Assembly (NCBI GenBank): GCA_002454845.1
Contig: DKJQ01000037.1
Span: forward strand, 1 to 35,929
Direction: 5' to 3'
Source: Ignavibacteria bacterium UBA6688
GTDB taxonomy: Bacteria; Bacteroidota; Ignavibacteria; UBA10030
DNA length: 35,929 nucleotides
The position numbers and the translations under genes were made by a program. Under the pieces are notes generated by a model, which did no database searches, had not been told where the DNA came from, and was given only the letters and a program-made list of their open reading frames with translations. Position 1 is the first letter of the stretch; every line of letters begins with the position of its first letter. Below are positions 25,298 to 35,929 of this stretch, piece by piece.

Positions 25298-27313
25298 TTG
25301 GCCTTTTCTCTCGTATCAGATTATAAACCGACAGGTGATCAGCCCGAGGCAATTCGCCAGCTTACCGAGGGGGTGGAACGGGGAGACAAGCACCAGACCC
25401 TGCTTGGTGTGACCGGGAGTGGAAAAACGTTCACGATCTCCAACGTCATACGGAACATCGACAGGCCGGTTCTTGTGATGTCCCACAATAAAACGTTGGC
25501 AGCCCAGCTCTATGCCGAGTTCAAAGGCTTCTTTCCCAAAAACCGCGTCGAGTTCTTCATCAGTTACTATGATTACTTTCAGCCGGAGGCGTACGTCCCC
25601 TCCAGCGATACGTACATCGCAAAGGACTCCTCCGTTAACGAGGAAATCGATCGCCTCCGTTTGAAAGCGACCAGTGCCTTGCTGAGCGGCGACCCAAACG
25701 TCATCGTGGTGGCGTCGGTGAGTTGTATTTACGGCATTGGTGCACCGGAGGAGTGGCTTTCGCAAACCATCACCCTCGCGAAAGGCCAGCAGATCTCCCG
25801 GACCGAGGTCCTGAAGAAGTTGCTGGATATGCTCTATGTCCGCAACGACTACGAGTTCTCCCGCGGTTCGTTTCGCGTCCGCGGCGATGTGGTGGAGGTG
25901 ATTCCCGGTTATGAGAACGAAGAGGCGGTCCGGATTGAATTTTTCGGCGACCAGATCGAACGGATCTCCACCATCCAAAAAACGGACGGACGGATCATGG
26001 GAGAGACCGACTTCGAGGTGATTTATCCCGCCAGGCAATTCGTCACCACGCGGCCAAGCATCGAGCGTGCGCTCACAACCATCACTGAGGAATTGAAGGA
26101 ACGCCTCGGGGAACTCCGGTTGCTGGGAAAGTTGCTTGAAGCGCAGCGACTGGAACAGAGGACGCGGTTCGACATGGAGATGATGCGCGAGATCGGGCAC
26201 TGTTCCGGAATCGAAAACTACTCGCGCCATCTCGCGGCCCGGCCTCCCGGCTCCCGCCCGTACTGTCTCATCGATTATTTTCCGAAGGACTTCCTTACGG
26301 TGATCGACGAATCCCATGTGACAGTCCCCCAGATCCGCGGCATGTGGCACGGCGACCGGTCACGCAAGGGAACTCTCGTGGAGTACGGGTTCCGTCTCCC
26401 GTCGGCACTGGATAATCGACCGCTGACGTTCGATGAATGGGAAACGATGGTTGGTCAACGGATCTACGTCTCCGCAACGCCGGGGGACTATGAACTGGAG
26501 AAGTGTCGCGGGGTTGTGGTCGAGCAGGTGATCCGCCCCACCGGCCTCGTGGATCCGGAAGTGGTTGTCCGCCCCAGCAAACATCAGATCGACGATCTGA
26601 TCGCGGAGATCAGGACGCGGGCCGCCAGGAAGGAGCGGATCCTCGTCACCACGCTCACAAAACGGATGGCAGAGGATCTGACGGAATATCTCACCGATAT
26701 CGCGATCAAGGTTCGATACATCCATTCGGAAGTCGATGCGCTCGAGCGGGTGGAGATCCTGCGCAATCTGCGGCTGGGGGACTTCGACGTCCTTGTGGGG
26801 GTGAACTTGTTGCGTGAGGGACTGGACCTTCCGGAGGTATCGCTGGTTGCCATTATCGACGCCGACAAAGAGGGGTTCCTTCGTTCCGATCGTTCGCTGA
26901 TTCAGACGGCAGGGAGAACGGCCCGCAATGTCAATGGGCGGGTGATCCTCTACGCCGATACGATGACAGGATCCATGCAGCGGATGATCGAGGAGACGAC
27001 CCGCCGCCGCGCAAAACAGGTCCAATACAACGAGCTGCATGGCATTACTCCCACAACGATCTACAAGTCGATGGAGGAAGTGCTTGCGGCCACCGCCGTG
27101 GCCGATGTTCGGTCGCAACGCGACCGTCGCAAGGAACACGCGAAAGTTCCCTCCGTCTCAGACAGCGTCGTCCGGTATCTTACTCCCGCACAGCGGCGGG
27201 ATTTGCTCGAAGAAATGAGGGTCGAAATGAAGAGGGCGGCGAAGGACCTTGAATTTGAACGGGCAGCCGAGTTGCGCGACGAGATCGATAGGCTTGAACG
27301 GCGGAAGGATTAA
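25298..27313 (+). CDS. uvrB: Excinuclease ABC subunit B
   Basis: [63 protein letters not shown] and C-terminal UVR domain [12 protein letters not shown] start at 25298. Confidence 0.98.
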   Translation: MAFSLVSDYKPTGDQPEAIRQLTEGVERGDKHQTLLGVTGSGKTFTISNVIRNIDRPVLVMSHNKTLAAQLYAEFKGFFPKNRVEFFISYYDYFQPEAYVPSSDTYIAKDSSVNEEIDRLRLKATSALLSGDPNVIVVASVSCIYGIGAPEEWLSQTITLAKGQQISRTEVLKKLLDMLYVRNDYEFSRGSFRVRGDVVEVIPGYENEEAVRIEFFGDQIERISTIQKTDGRIMGETDFEVIYPARQFVTTRPSIERALTTITEELKERLGELRLLGKLLEAQRLEQRTRFDMEMMREIGHCSGIENYSRHLAARPPGSRPYCLIDYFPKDFLTVIDESHVTVPQIRGMWHGDRSRKGTLVEYGFRLPSALDNRPLTFDEWETMVGQRIYVSATPGDYELEKCRGVVVEQVIRPTGLVDPEVVVRPSKHQIDDLIAEIRTRAARKERILVTTLTKRMAEDLTEYLTDIAIKVRYIHSEVDALERVEILRNLRLGDFDVLVGVNLLREGLDLPEVSLVAIIDADKEGFLRSDRSLIQTAGRTARNVNGRVILYADTMTGSMQRMIEETTRRRAKQVQYNELHGITPTTIYKSMEEVLAATAVADVRSQRDRRKEHAKVPSVSDSVVRYLTPAQRRDLLEEMRVEMKRAAKDLEFERAAELRDEIDRLERRKD

Positions 27314-27367
27314 AGAAACCAGAACGCAGAAAGAGGAGATGGGGAGGGAAGGATGAGGGAAGGGGTG

Positions 27368-28081
27368 ATGGAGAAGTCGGGACACCATATCGTGGGGGAT
27401 TCATGGTTTGCCATCCTCGATTTTATCTTCCCGCCTCTTTGCCTCTCGTGCTCAGTCCCCCTTCTGAACGGTCGTAAAAGCGTTTGTAATCCATGCTGGG
27501 ATTCGATTGAACGTGTATCCGCACTTCATCCTCTGTTCCTCGAAACAAGAGAAAAACTCCTGACCTCGGAACAGGTGAACGGTCTCGTCTCCGAGTTCGT
27601 GTTTGAGAGAGAGGGGGCATTTCAGCACATCGCCCATGCCCTGAAGTACGGAGGGTACGAGTCATTAGGAGTGGAGTTGGGAAGGAAACTCGCCGAAGTG
27701 TTTCTTGCATCGGGCGGAGGGGGGGATGTTCTAGTCCCGATCCCTCTGCATAAGCGAAAATTTCGTGAGCGGGGATACAATCAGGCCGAGCGAATTGCGC
27801 ATGGAATGTCGCAGGCGACGTTGATACCGCTCCGGACCGACCTCCTGCGGCGAACGCGCTTCACGCAAAGCCAGACCACCCTGACCCTCGAGGAACGAAA
27901 GAAAAATGTGGAAGCGGCGTTTGAAGTCGTGCCTGGGAAGGAGCGAGTCGTGAAGGGAAAAACCATCGTCCTCATCGACGACGTCATTACCACCGGTGCG
28001 ACAATCGTTTCGTGTGCATCGACGTTGCGTGACGCCGGCGCTCTCACCATCATTGCTTCGTCACCGGCGCTCGCCCGTTAA
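27368..28081 (+). CDS. comF: ComF family protein (zinc ribbon plus phosphoribosyltransferase-like domain)
   Basis: FPPLCLSC...VCNPC, LKY.G, VPIPLHKRKFRERGYNQAE, LIDDVITTGAT. Start 27368 or 27353. Confidence 0.9.
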   Translation: MEKSGHHIVGDSWFAILDFIFPPLCLSCSVPLLNGRKSVCNPCWDSIERVSALHPLFLETREKLLTSEQVNGLVSEFVFEREGAFQHIAHALKYGGYESLGVELGRKLAEVFLASGGGGDVLVPIPLHKRKFRERGYNQAERIAHGMSQATLIPLRTDLLRRTRFTQSQTTLTLEERKKNVEAAFEVVPGKERVVKGKTIVLIDDVITTGATIVSCASTLRDAGALTIIASSPALAR

Positions 28082-28135
28082 TTCATGTTCCCATGATTGG
28101 TTTTTGATCCTCCCAATGTGTGCCCTCCGGTGGTC

Positions 28136-29474
<1,339 letters not shown>

Positions 29475-29522
29475 GGGTCGTTCGATGTCCGCTTGAACGC
29501 CCCTCCGTAGATCCATGAACAC

Positions 29523-29560
29523 AGGCTGTGTGCGTCTCGACGCGCACAGCCTTTCTTATT
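29523..29560 (+). terminator. Rho-independent terminator-like hairpin between gap and pgk
   Basis: aggctgtgtgcgtc / gacgcgcacagcct stem followed by ttcttatt. Confidence 0.65.
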
Positions 29561-29675
29561 CTCTATCCACCTCACGAAACGCTGCCTTTACGGGGGATAC
29601 CGTCAGAGGATGTGACAGCCGAAGGATGGTATCCATCGCCCCGGCGATCGCGTGTGGTTCCCGGAAGGAACAACC

Positions 29676-30944
29676 ATGAACAAGAAAACTGTCAGAGATA
29701 TTGATTTCAAAGACAAGCGCGTCATCATGCGCGTGGATTTCAATGTACCGATGAAGAATGGGGTGGTCCAGGACGACAACCGCATCAAGGCCGCGTTACC
29801 AACCATCGCCTATTTGCTGGAACGACATCCGAAATACCTGATCCTCATGTCCCACCTTGGTGATCCAAAGAAGGATGTGAAGAAAGCGAAGGAGAAAGCC
29901 GCGAAGGATGGTAAACCGTTCGATGAGGCATCGTTCATCGCCGGTAAGCATCGCATGAAACCGGTGGCTGAACAACTGTCGCGGTTATTGAACAAACCGG
30001 TGAAATTCGCTCCTGCTGCCATCGGTCCGGAGGCACAGGCTGCTGTCGAGGCGCTTGGCCATGGCGAAATCCTCATGCTGGAGAATACCCGCTTCCATGC
30101 ACAGGAAACCTCCAAGGAAGCTTCCGAACGAAATACGATGGCGACCGGGCTTGCTGCCTATGCCGATGTGTTCGTGAATGACGCGTTTGGCTCGGCGCAT
30201 CGTGCCCATGCTTCAACGGAGGCCATCGCTGCATTCCTGCCGGCGGTGGCGGGCCTGTTGATGGAAAAGGAACTCGAGTATCTCGACCGCGCCGTGAGCA
30301 ACCCAAAGAAGCCCTATGTGGCTGTTCTGGGGGGAGCCAAAATCTCCGGGAAGATCGATGTTATTCAAAATCTGCTGGGAAAGGTGGATGCACTCTTGAT
30401 TGGGGGTGGGATGATGTTTACCTTCTACAAGGCGCAGGGATTGAATATCGGGAAGTCCCTGTTGGAAGAGGACCGGATCGAGATGGCGAAGAAGATCCTG
30501 GAAGAAGCAAAGGCATCGGGCGTGCGGTTCCTCCTTCCGACAGATTGCGTGGTGGCGGACGCGTTCGACAACGGGGCTAAAACACAAACGGTCTCCGCCA
30601 ATGCGATTCCGGAAGGATGGCAGGGACTCGATATCGGTCCCGAAACTGTGAAACTCTTCAGCGAGGAGATCCGTAAGGCTAAAACCGTCGTATGGAACGG
30701 ACCGATGGGGGTGTTCGAAATGGACCGTTTTGCCGAAGGAACGAATGCTATCGCGAAAGCGTTGGTGGAGGCGACCAAAGGAGGAGCCATCACGATTGTC
30801 GGTGGCGGCGATTCGGCGGCTGCCATCGCCAAGGCCGGATTAGAGAAAGGCGTATCGCACGTCTCCACCGGGGGTGGTGCTTCGCTGGAGTTCCTCGAAG
30901 GGAAGATCCTTCCCGGAGTTGCGGCGCTCAATACCAGAAATTAA
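29676..30944 (+). CDS. pgk: Phosphoglycerate kinase
   Basis: [69 protein letters not shown]. Confidence 0.98.
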   Translation: MNKKTVRDIDFKDKRVIMRVDFNVPMKNGVVQDDNRIKAALPTIAYLLERHPKYLILMSHLGDPKKDVKKAKEKAAKDGKPFDEASFIAGKHRMKPVAEQLSRLLNKPVKFAPAAIGPEAQAAVEALGHGEILMLENTRFHAQETSKEASERNTMATGLAAYADVFVNDAFGSAHRAHASTEAIAAFLPAVAGLLMEKELEYLDRAVSNPKKPYVAVLGGAKISGKIDVIQNLLGKVDALLIGGGMMFTFYKAQGLNIGKSLLEEDRIEMAKKILEEAKASGVRFLLPTDCVVADAFDNGAKTQTVSANAIPEGWQGLDIGPETVKLFSEEIRKAKTVVWNGPMGVFEMDRFAEGTNAIAKALVEATKGGAITIVGGGDSAAAIAKAGLEKGVSHVSTGGGASLEFLEGKILPGVAALNTRN

Positions 30945-31050
30945 ATCCGATCACTGTGATCCGGACTGCAGGCTGTCTCTCCGGTTCGGGTTCCGGCGAT
31001 CAGTATTCCGTTTTCAACCTACGTTCTTAGCCAACTGAGCCAAGCACTGA

Positions 31051-31971
31051 ATGTCGTACCCAGGTAATTACAATCGCCCTTCCATGTTCGGAGGATTCCA
31101 GTTCTTTCCTCCGGTCATAAAATGGCTTATGATCGTCAACGGTGCGGTCTTCCTGACCCTCGGTCTTGGCGGCAACCTCTTCACCCTTGGCGGGATGCCC
31201 CTCCGTTATTTTTTCAATTACTACCTCGGGTTGATGCCGTTCGGGTACGGGTTCTACCCATGGCAGTTGTTCACCTACCTGTTCATGCACGCCGACTTCT
31301 GGCATCTTTTCTTCAATATGTTCTTCGGACTCTGGATGTTCGGCATGGAGGTTGAGCACAGCTGGGGAACGCGCAAATTTCTGACATTTTACCTGATCTG
31401 TGGAGTCGCAGCCGGCGTGACCCAGCTTCTGCTCGCCCCGCTCCTTGAACCGACGTCGGTGGTGGACGCGTACGGCAGGGGAATACCTACCGTCGGCGCC
31501 TCGGGGGCCGTCTATGGGGTGCTGGTGGCATTTGCAATGACCTTCCCGGACCGCTATATTTTTCTCTATTTCCTGTTGCCGATCAAGGCAAAATACTTTG
31601 TCGCCGGACTGATTCTCCTCGGAGTGTTTGCTGTCGGCGGCCAGGGTACCATCGCAAACCTTGCTCATCTGGGTGGAGCCCTTGCAGGTTATGTTTTCCT
31701 GATGTATGACGGTAGGCGGATGCCTTTTGAGGATGTCTTCGACAGGATACGTTGGTGGGTGAATTCAAAAACAGCACACCGGACTCCCGATGGGCCCGAG
31801 GAGATTGTCGATGCGAAAGTTTATGATATCCGCGACGCAGCAAGGAAAGGACAGGATACGGCTCAGAAACAGATCGATGACATCCTGGACAAGATCAGCC
31901 GGGGCGGTTATCAGAGTCTGACGGAAGAAGAGAAGAAGATCCTTTTTGAAGCAAGCAAGAAAATCAACTGA
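31051..31971 (+). CDS. Rhomboid family intramembrane serine protease with C-terminal DUF6576-like domain
   Basis: WQLFTYLFMH..FWHLFFNM, VGASGAVYG (catalytic Ser), AHLGG (His); tail IDDILDKISRGGYQSLTEEEK.IL. Confidence 0.92.
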   Translation: MSYPGNYNRPSMFGGFQFFPPVIKWLMIVNGAVFLTLGLGGNLFTLGGMPLRYFFNYYLGLMPFGYGFYPWQLFTYLFMHADFWHLFFNMFFGLWMFGMEVEHSWGTRKFLTFYLICGVAAGVTQLLLAPLLEPTSVVDAYGRGIPTVGASGAVYGVLVAFAMTFPDRYIFLYFLLPIKAKYFVAGLILLGVFAVGGQGTIANLAHLGGALAGYVFLMYDGRRMPFEDVFDRIRWWVNSKTAHRTPDGPEEIVDAKVYDIRDAARKGQDTAQKQIDDILDKISRGGYQSLTEEEKKILFEASKKIN

Positions 31972-31981
31972 GGGAATTATT

Positions 31982-33106
31982 TTGGACACGGAAGACGCAA
32001 TCGAAATGACGCAGGCACTCCCCCACCATCAAACCTATAAGGTCGGTGTACGCCGTAGGACACGGCAGGTTGTTGTCGGGACAGTCAAGATCGGCGGCGA
32101 CGCTCCCATCTCTGTCCAGACAATGACCAAGACCAAGACGGACGATATTTCCGGCACCGTCGGTCAGATCAAGGCCGCGGCGGAAGCTGGGGTCGACATT
32201 GTTCGTGTCACGGTGAACGACAAGGAAGCAGCCGATGCGATGGCCGAGATCGTGCGCCAGTCACCGGTCCCGATTGTCGCGGATATCCATTTCAACCACG
32301 TTTTCGCCCTCAAAGCTGTCGAAGCAGGTGTGGCGAAGGTCAGGATCAACCCGGGCAATATCGGTACGAAGGATCGCATCCGTCAAGTGCTGACGGCTTG
32401 CAAGGACCGTGGGATTCCCATCCGCATCGGCGTGAACTCCGGATCGCTGGAAGAGGACATCCTGGAGAAGCATGGCTATCCGACTGCTGAGGCTCTTTTC
32501 GAGAGCGCCATGCGGCATGTTGGGATTTGTGACGAATTCAATTTCAAAGATGTTGTGATCTCAGTGAAATCCACCGATGTGAAGCTGATGATCGAAGCAT
32601 ACCGGCTTGTGGCTCAACGGACGGATATTCCCCTGCATCTGGGGGTCACCGAAGCAGGGACCACCCGGATCGGGACCATCAAGTCCTCTGTGGGCATCGG
32701 GACATTGCTCGCCGAAGGAATTGGCGACACCATTCGCGTTTCCCTCACTGATGATCCAGTCAAGGAAGTGGAAGTGGGAAAAGAGATCCTTCGGTCGTTG
32801 AGCCTTGCCTCCCGCAATATAGAGCTGATCGCGTGCCCCACGTGTGGACGGCTGGAGGTTGACCTATTTGGGATTATGGCCCAGCTCGAGGAGAAGCTCG
32901 CAGGGGTGAAGAAGCCGGTGAAGATCGCCGTGCTCGGCTGTGTCGTCAACGGTCCCGGTGAAGCAAGTGAGGCAGATATTGGAATTGCCGCGGGGAAGGG
33001 TGTCGCGATACTGTACCGCAAAGGGGAAGTCGTGAAACGCGTCAAGGAGGAGGATATCGTCCGTACCGTGCTGGAGGAGGTGGAGCGTTTTCAGCCGGAG
33101 GGGTAA
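31982..33106 (+). CDS. ispG: (E)-4-hydroxy-3-methylbut-2-enyl-diphosphate synthase
   Basis: PISVQTMT, VADIHF, RINPGNIG, RIGVNSGSL, PLHLGVTEAG, GIGDTIRVSL, ACPTCGR, GCVVNGPGE. Start TTG 31982 or ATG 32006. Confidence 0.97.
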   Translation: MDTEDAIEMTQALPHHQTYKVGVRRRTRQVVVGTVKIGGDAPISVQTMTKTKTDDISGTVGQIKAAAEAGVDIVRVTVNDKEAADAMAEIVRQSPVPIVADIHFNHVFALKAVEAGVAKVRINPGNIGTKDRIRQVLTACKDRGIPIRIGVNSGSLEEDILEKHGYPTAEALFESAMRHVGICDEFNFKDVVISVKSTDVKLMIEAYRLVAQRTDIPLHLGVTEAGTTRIGTIKSSVGIGTLLAEGIGDTIRVSLTDDPVKEVEVGKEILRSLSLASRNIELIACPTCGRLEVDLFGIMAQLEEKLAGVKKPVKIAVLGCVVNGPGEASEADIGIAAGKGVAILYRKGEVVKRVKEEDIVRTVLEEVERFQPEG

Positions 33107-33150
33107 ACCGACAGGGTGATTTTGCTGTCATGGATGACAATGGTCTTTCG

Positions 33151-33180
33151 AAAAGCCGGAGAAGCCCTCCGGCTTTTTTT
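33151..33180 (+). terminator. Rho-independent terminator after ispG (bidirectional shape)
   Basis: aaaa-gccggag-aagcc-ctccggc-ttttttt. Confidence 0.85.
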
Positions 33181-33319
33181 CATTCCTGAGATTTCTCACA
33201 ACGGAATCTGCATGCTTCTTCAAGGGAATCCTCAAATCTTCCTTTGATAATCGTACAATGCTCGTTATCTTCCTTCCGTGCTGAACGACTCTGTTGTCCC
33301 CTGAACCCTCCCGAATCCT

Positions 33320-35725
33320 ATGACCGATCTTTTATCCCTCGTTGATCTTGAACCGCCGATGGGGGATCTTGCAACCCGCGAAACGCTCTCCCCCTGTCGT
33401 GCAATTTGGGCGACACCTATCCGCGATGAAGGAGATGCGCCTCCCCATCGCATCATCCACGCCCGTGCGTTGCAACTGCACGGGCCAGCCCGCCTGCATC
33501 GACTCGGGATCCGGAAAGCGCGGGGGTATCACAAATGCGGCAGCCGGATGGATCTGGATTGGGTCACTTCGTTCCGCCTGCTGGTCTGGGAGATGGATCA
33601 ATGGCGAGTACACGCGTATGAGTCTCATGTTCCGGAGCCGGGAAACGGGGAGACACTTTGGTACGACTTGAAAAATGTCGTCACGTCCGGAGCGATCCTC
33701 GAGGTTCGGCGTTGCGGCATCGACAACTGGTGGACGCCGTGGAATTTAGCGGCGGGTGCCTTTGTCCTCGAAGGTGAGTTGCTTGTCCCATGCGCACCGC
33801 GCAACGAGAAGACACACCAGGTGCTTGGAGTCGACCTTCGTGGACTTCCCGAAGGCCTCAGTGCTGTGCATGAATTCGGCCAGGTTCGTTACAAGTCCCC
33901 ATTCCTGGAGGTCGGGTTCCGCCTGAACCGGGCTGGCTTATCCCATCTTTCGGTTGACGAAGATGGAGAAGGCCGGACACCGCGTAACCTCCTGAAGATG
34001 CTGCCCGGTTCTTTTTTCCAGGGCCCGATGCTGCATCCGGTCGGTTCCCAGCCTCTTGGTGCGTCGGTCTTACGGTACAACGTTCACGCGACGACCGAAG
34101 TGAGAGGCAATTCTGTCCGCTATGACATCGTGTTCCCGGGGACTGGACAGCAGTATCATTTGCGCTGGACGGTGCTAGCGGACCGTCTTTCGCTTCATAT
34201 CGAACGCGAAGGGAAGGGCGACCTTCGAGCCTGGCAAAGTTGTGCCTGGATGATTGGCATCAGCAGCTTTGAAAGCACCTCGCATGTGATCGGCAAGGTG
34301 GTTCGGGCCGGAGAGTCCGGCTCCATGGAGATGCCGGTCTGGCTCCATATGCCGAAGTTTGGAAGTTTCCGCGCGGAAAGTACAGGGGGGCAAGTGCTTT
34401 GGAGATCCGATTCCGATCGTCCACGGAATATGACCACCAGCGAGATCAAACTGGGTGAAGTCCTGATGCCCGAGGGAGATTACATGCTGAGAGGAGGCAA
34501 GCACACGGCCGATATCGAACTTCGGATCGATCGTCTGACCCTGTCGCTGAAGAAGGAGACTCCCGCCCCCGTTGCAAAGGCAATTCAAAAATGTTCGCTC
34601 ACGAGCCTGAACTACCGGGCCGATACAGCGACTCTCAGCAACAACGGTAATTCCATGCACTGTCCGATCTCCATGGACAACTGGTCGGCTGTCGCGACCA
34701 GGATGAATGCGCTTCTCCCAAACCTGGCCGCTGTCGACCTCCTGCGGGATTCCATCGAACGATGGCTCGATGGAGGGCCGGGGTATGCGAGCGGACCATT
34801 GCTCCAGGACGGAAAGATCCATGAAGCTGAGGACGAGTATCTCATGACGGGATCGGCCGGACTGCTCGGCATCGCCGAGTTCCTTGAACACAGTGGCACC
34901 CGGGAGTGGCTCTCCCGATACGGCAAACCTCTCCAAAAGAAAATAGAACAAATGCGTGACCGCGATCTTGATCACGATGGGCTTGTCGAAAGCATCTATC
35001 GTACCGGTGTCAGCGGGTCCGGGCAATGGAGCACGGTGTGGTACGATGTCATCTCCTTTGGATGGAAAGATGCCTGGACGAACGCGCTCCTCTACTCTGC
35101 CCTTCAGAAGTTTGCAGGCATTCTGCCAAAACTCGGGTACGGAGCGCTGGCGGAGGGAATGGATGAATGGGCGCAACGGATTAAAACGAATTATACTCCG
35201 ACCTTCCTCAACCCACGAACAGGATGGATTGCCGGGTGGCGTTGTAAGGAGAACAAGCTGCACGATTATGCCTTTCCATGTATCACGGGAGTTGCCGTGA
35301 CGAGCGGTGTTCTGAGCGATGAACTGGCCCGGTCATCCATGGAAAAACTCTGGGCTGAAACGGAGCGTGTCGGTATGCCGGATCCCCAGATCGGCGTGCC
35401 GATTGCGTTGTGGCCCATACCGGATGAAGACCTGGCTGACATCATGCAGGGGTATCCCCAGGGATTCTACATCGGGAACGGGGCATGCAGCCACGCGCAA
35501 ACGAGACATTTTGTCGGTGCATTGTATCAGGTCGGATTGACAAAGGAAGCCGACTATGTGCTCGAGCGCCTCTGCCACGGTTTTGCGGAAGGGCTTGTCT
35601 ATGGTGCATGCAAAAGTGGCGTGGATGCGCGATATTGGGACGGTTGGCCCTGCGGGTACGAAGGATTGCTGACCGATCATTTCGGGATCCTGGCCGTTGC
35701 CCTGGAACGGTACAGACAGCCATAG
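33320..35725 (+). CDS. Large cytoplasmic glycoside-hydrolase-like protein with a C-terminal (alpha/alpha)6 barrel
   Basis: 801-aa ORF. C-terminal half has RDRDLDHDGLVE, WYD...KDAWTNAL.Y.AL, A.RIK.NY...F.NP.TGW and GYEG, typical of six-hairpin glycosidases. No signal peptide; family not assignable by eye. Confidence 0.65.
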   Translation: MTDLLSLVDLEPPMGDLATRETLSPCRAIWATPIRDEGDAPPHRIIHARALQLHGPARLHRLGIRKARGYHKCGSRMDLDWVTSFRLLVWEMDQWRVHAYESHVPEPGNGETLWYDLKNVVTSGAILEVRRCGIDNWWTPWNLAAGAFVLEGELLVPCAPRNEKTHQVLGVDLRGLPEGLSAVHEFGQVRYKSPFLEVGFRLNRAGLSHLSVDEDGEGRTPRNLLKMLPGSFFQGPMLHPVGSQPLGASVLRYNVHATTEVRGNSVRYDIVFPGTGQQYHLRWTVLADRLSLHIEREGKGDLRAWQSCAWMIGISSFESTSHVIGKVVRAGESGSMEMPVWLHMPKFGSFRAESTGGQVLWRSDSDRPRNMTTSEIKLGEVLMPEGDYMLRGGKHTADIELRIDRLTLSLKKETPAPVAKAIQKCSLTSLNYRADTATLSNNGNSMHCPISMDNWSAVATRMNALLPNLAAVDLLRDSIERWLDGGPGYASGPLLQDGKIHEAEDEYLMTGSAGLLGIAEFLEHSGTREWLSRYGKPLQKKIEQMRDRDLDHDGLVESIYRTGVSGSGQWSTVWYDVISFGWKDAWTNALLYSALQKFAGILPKLGYGALAEGMDEWAQRIKTNYTPTFLNPRTGWIAGWRCKENKLHDYAFPCITGVAVTSGVLSDELARSSMEKLWAETERVGMPDPQIGVPIALWPIPDEDLADIMQGYPQGFYIGNGACSHAQTRHFVGALYQVGLTKEADYVLERLCHGFAEGLVYGACKSGVDARYWDGWPCGYEGLLTDHFGILAVALERYRQP

Positions 35726-35774
35726 ACAGGCGTCTTGAATTCCGTATTTGTCATGTATCTGTGAAAGGAAAACT

Positions 35775-35871
35775 CACGAATCTTCACTAATCCCCGCTCA
35801 TCGGAGGGGCGACTGAAGAAGAAACAAATCAAGGTTTAGATTTTCTTCGTGAAGATTCGTGTAGATTCGTG
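35775..35871. repeat. Intergenic tandem/inverted repeat of the CACGAATC type
   Basis: cacgaatcttcac (35775-35787) is the exact reverse complement of gtgaagattcgtg (35849-35861). The right arm has three 10-nt units: ttcgtgaaga, ttcgtgtaga, ttcgtggg. Confidence 0.65.
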
Positions 35872-35929
35872 GGAAAAACGAGGCTGACTCTAAGCGGTCT
35901 CAAAAATAAGCAACACAGTCATTGCGAAC

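Noticed and set aside
34175-35263. 362-aa antisense ORF, and other long antisense ORFs such as 25316-26350, 2738-3652 and 21685-22638
   Set aside because: Shadow frames of well-supported genes, expected at this GC content; no recognisable motifs.

Overview
A ~57% GC bacterial chromosomal window, mostly housekeeping and cell-envelope genes. The gene content suggests an Ignavibacteria/Bacteroidota-type (FCB) organism, which is an inference. Recognisable genes are dinB, valS, purM, uvrB, comF, gap, pgk and ispG. Also present are an exported amidohydrolase pair with a Tat-signal aminotransferase, a trypsin-like lipoprotein, OsmC, LysE, an M23 peptidase, an FAH-family hydrolase, a GNAT, an orphan GAF-GAF histidine kinase, a YhhQ queuosine-precursor transporter, a two-subunit M16 peptidase operon with a duplicated LolA-like domain, a rhomboid protease and a large (alpha/alpha)6 glycoside-hydrolase-like protein. 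No tRNA, rRNA, CRISPR array, transposase or prophage gene is evident. The most unusual signal is non-coding. Two ~95%-identical inverted copies of a TIR-bounded miniature element (14420-14650 and 28136-28298) are nested like Russian dolls: a CTCYGTG tandem/palindromic core is interrupted by tiny CCYG+hairpin cassettes that sit at the same CTC^TGTG junction with no target duplication. Related CAC-GAA palindromes fill other intergenic gaps. Other points of interest are a 6S-like structured RNA at ~24470-24680, two active/pseudo-enzyme pairs destined for the envelope, and a spirochaete/trypanosome-glycosomal-type GAPDH ending in -SKL. Start codons were adjusted by eye, and all family calls come from motif recognition, not database searches.
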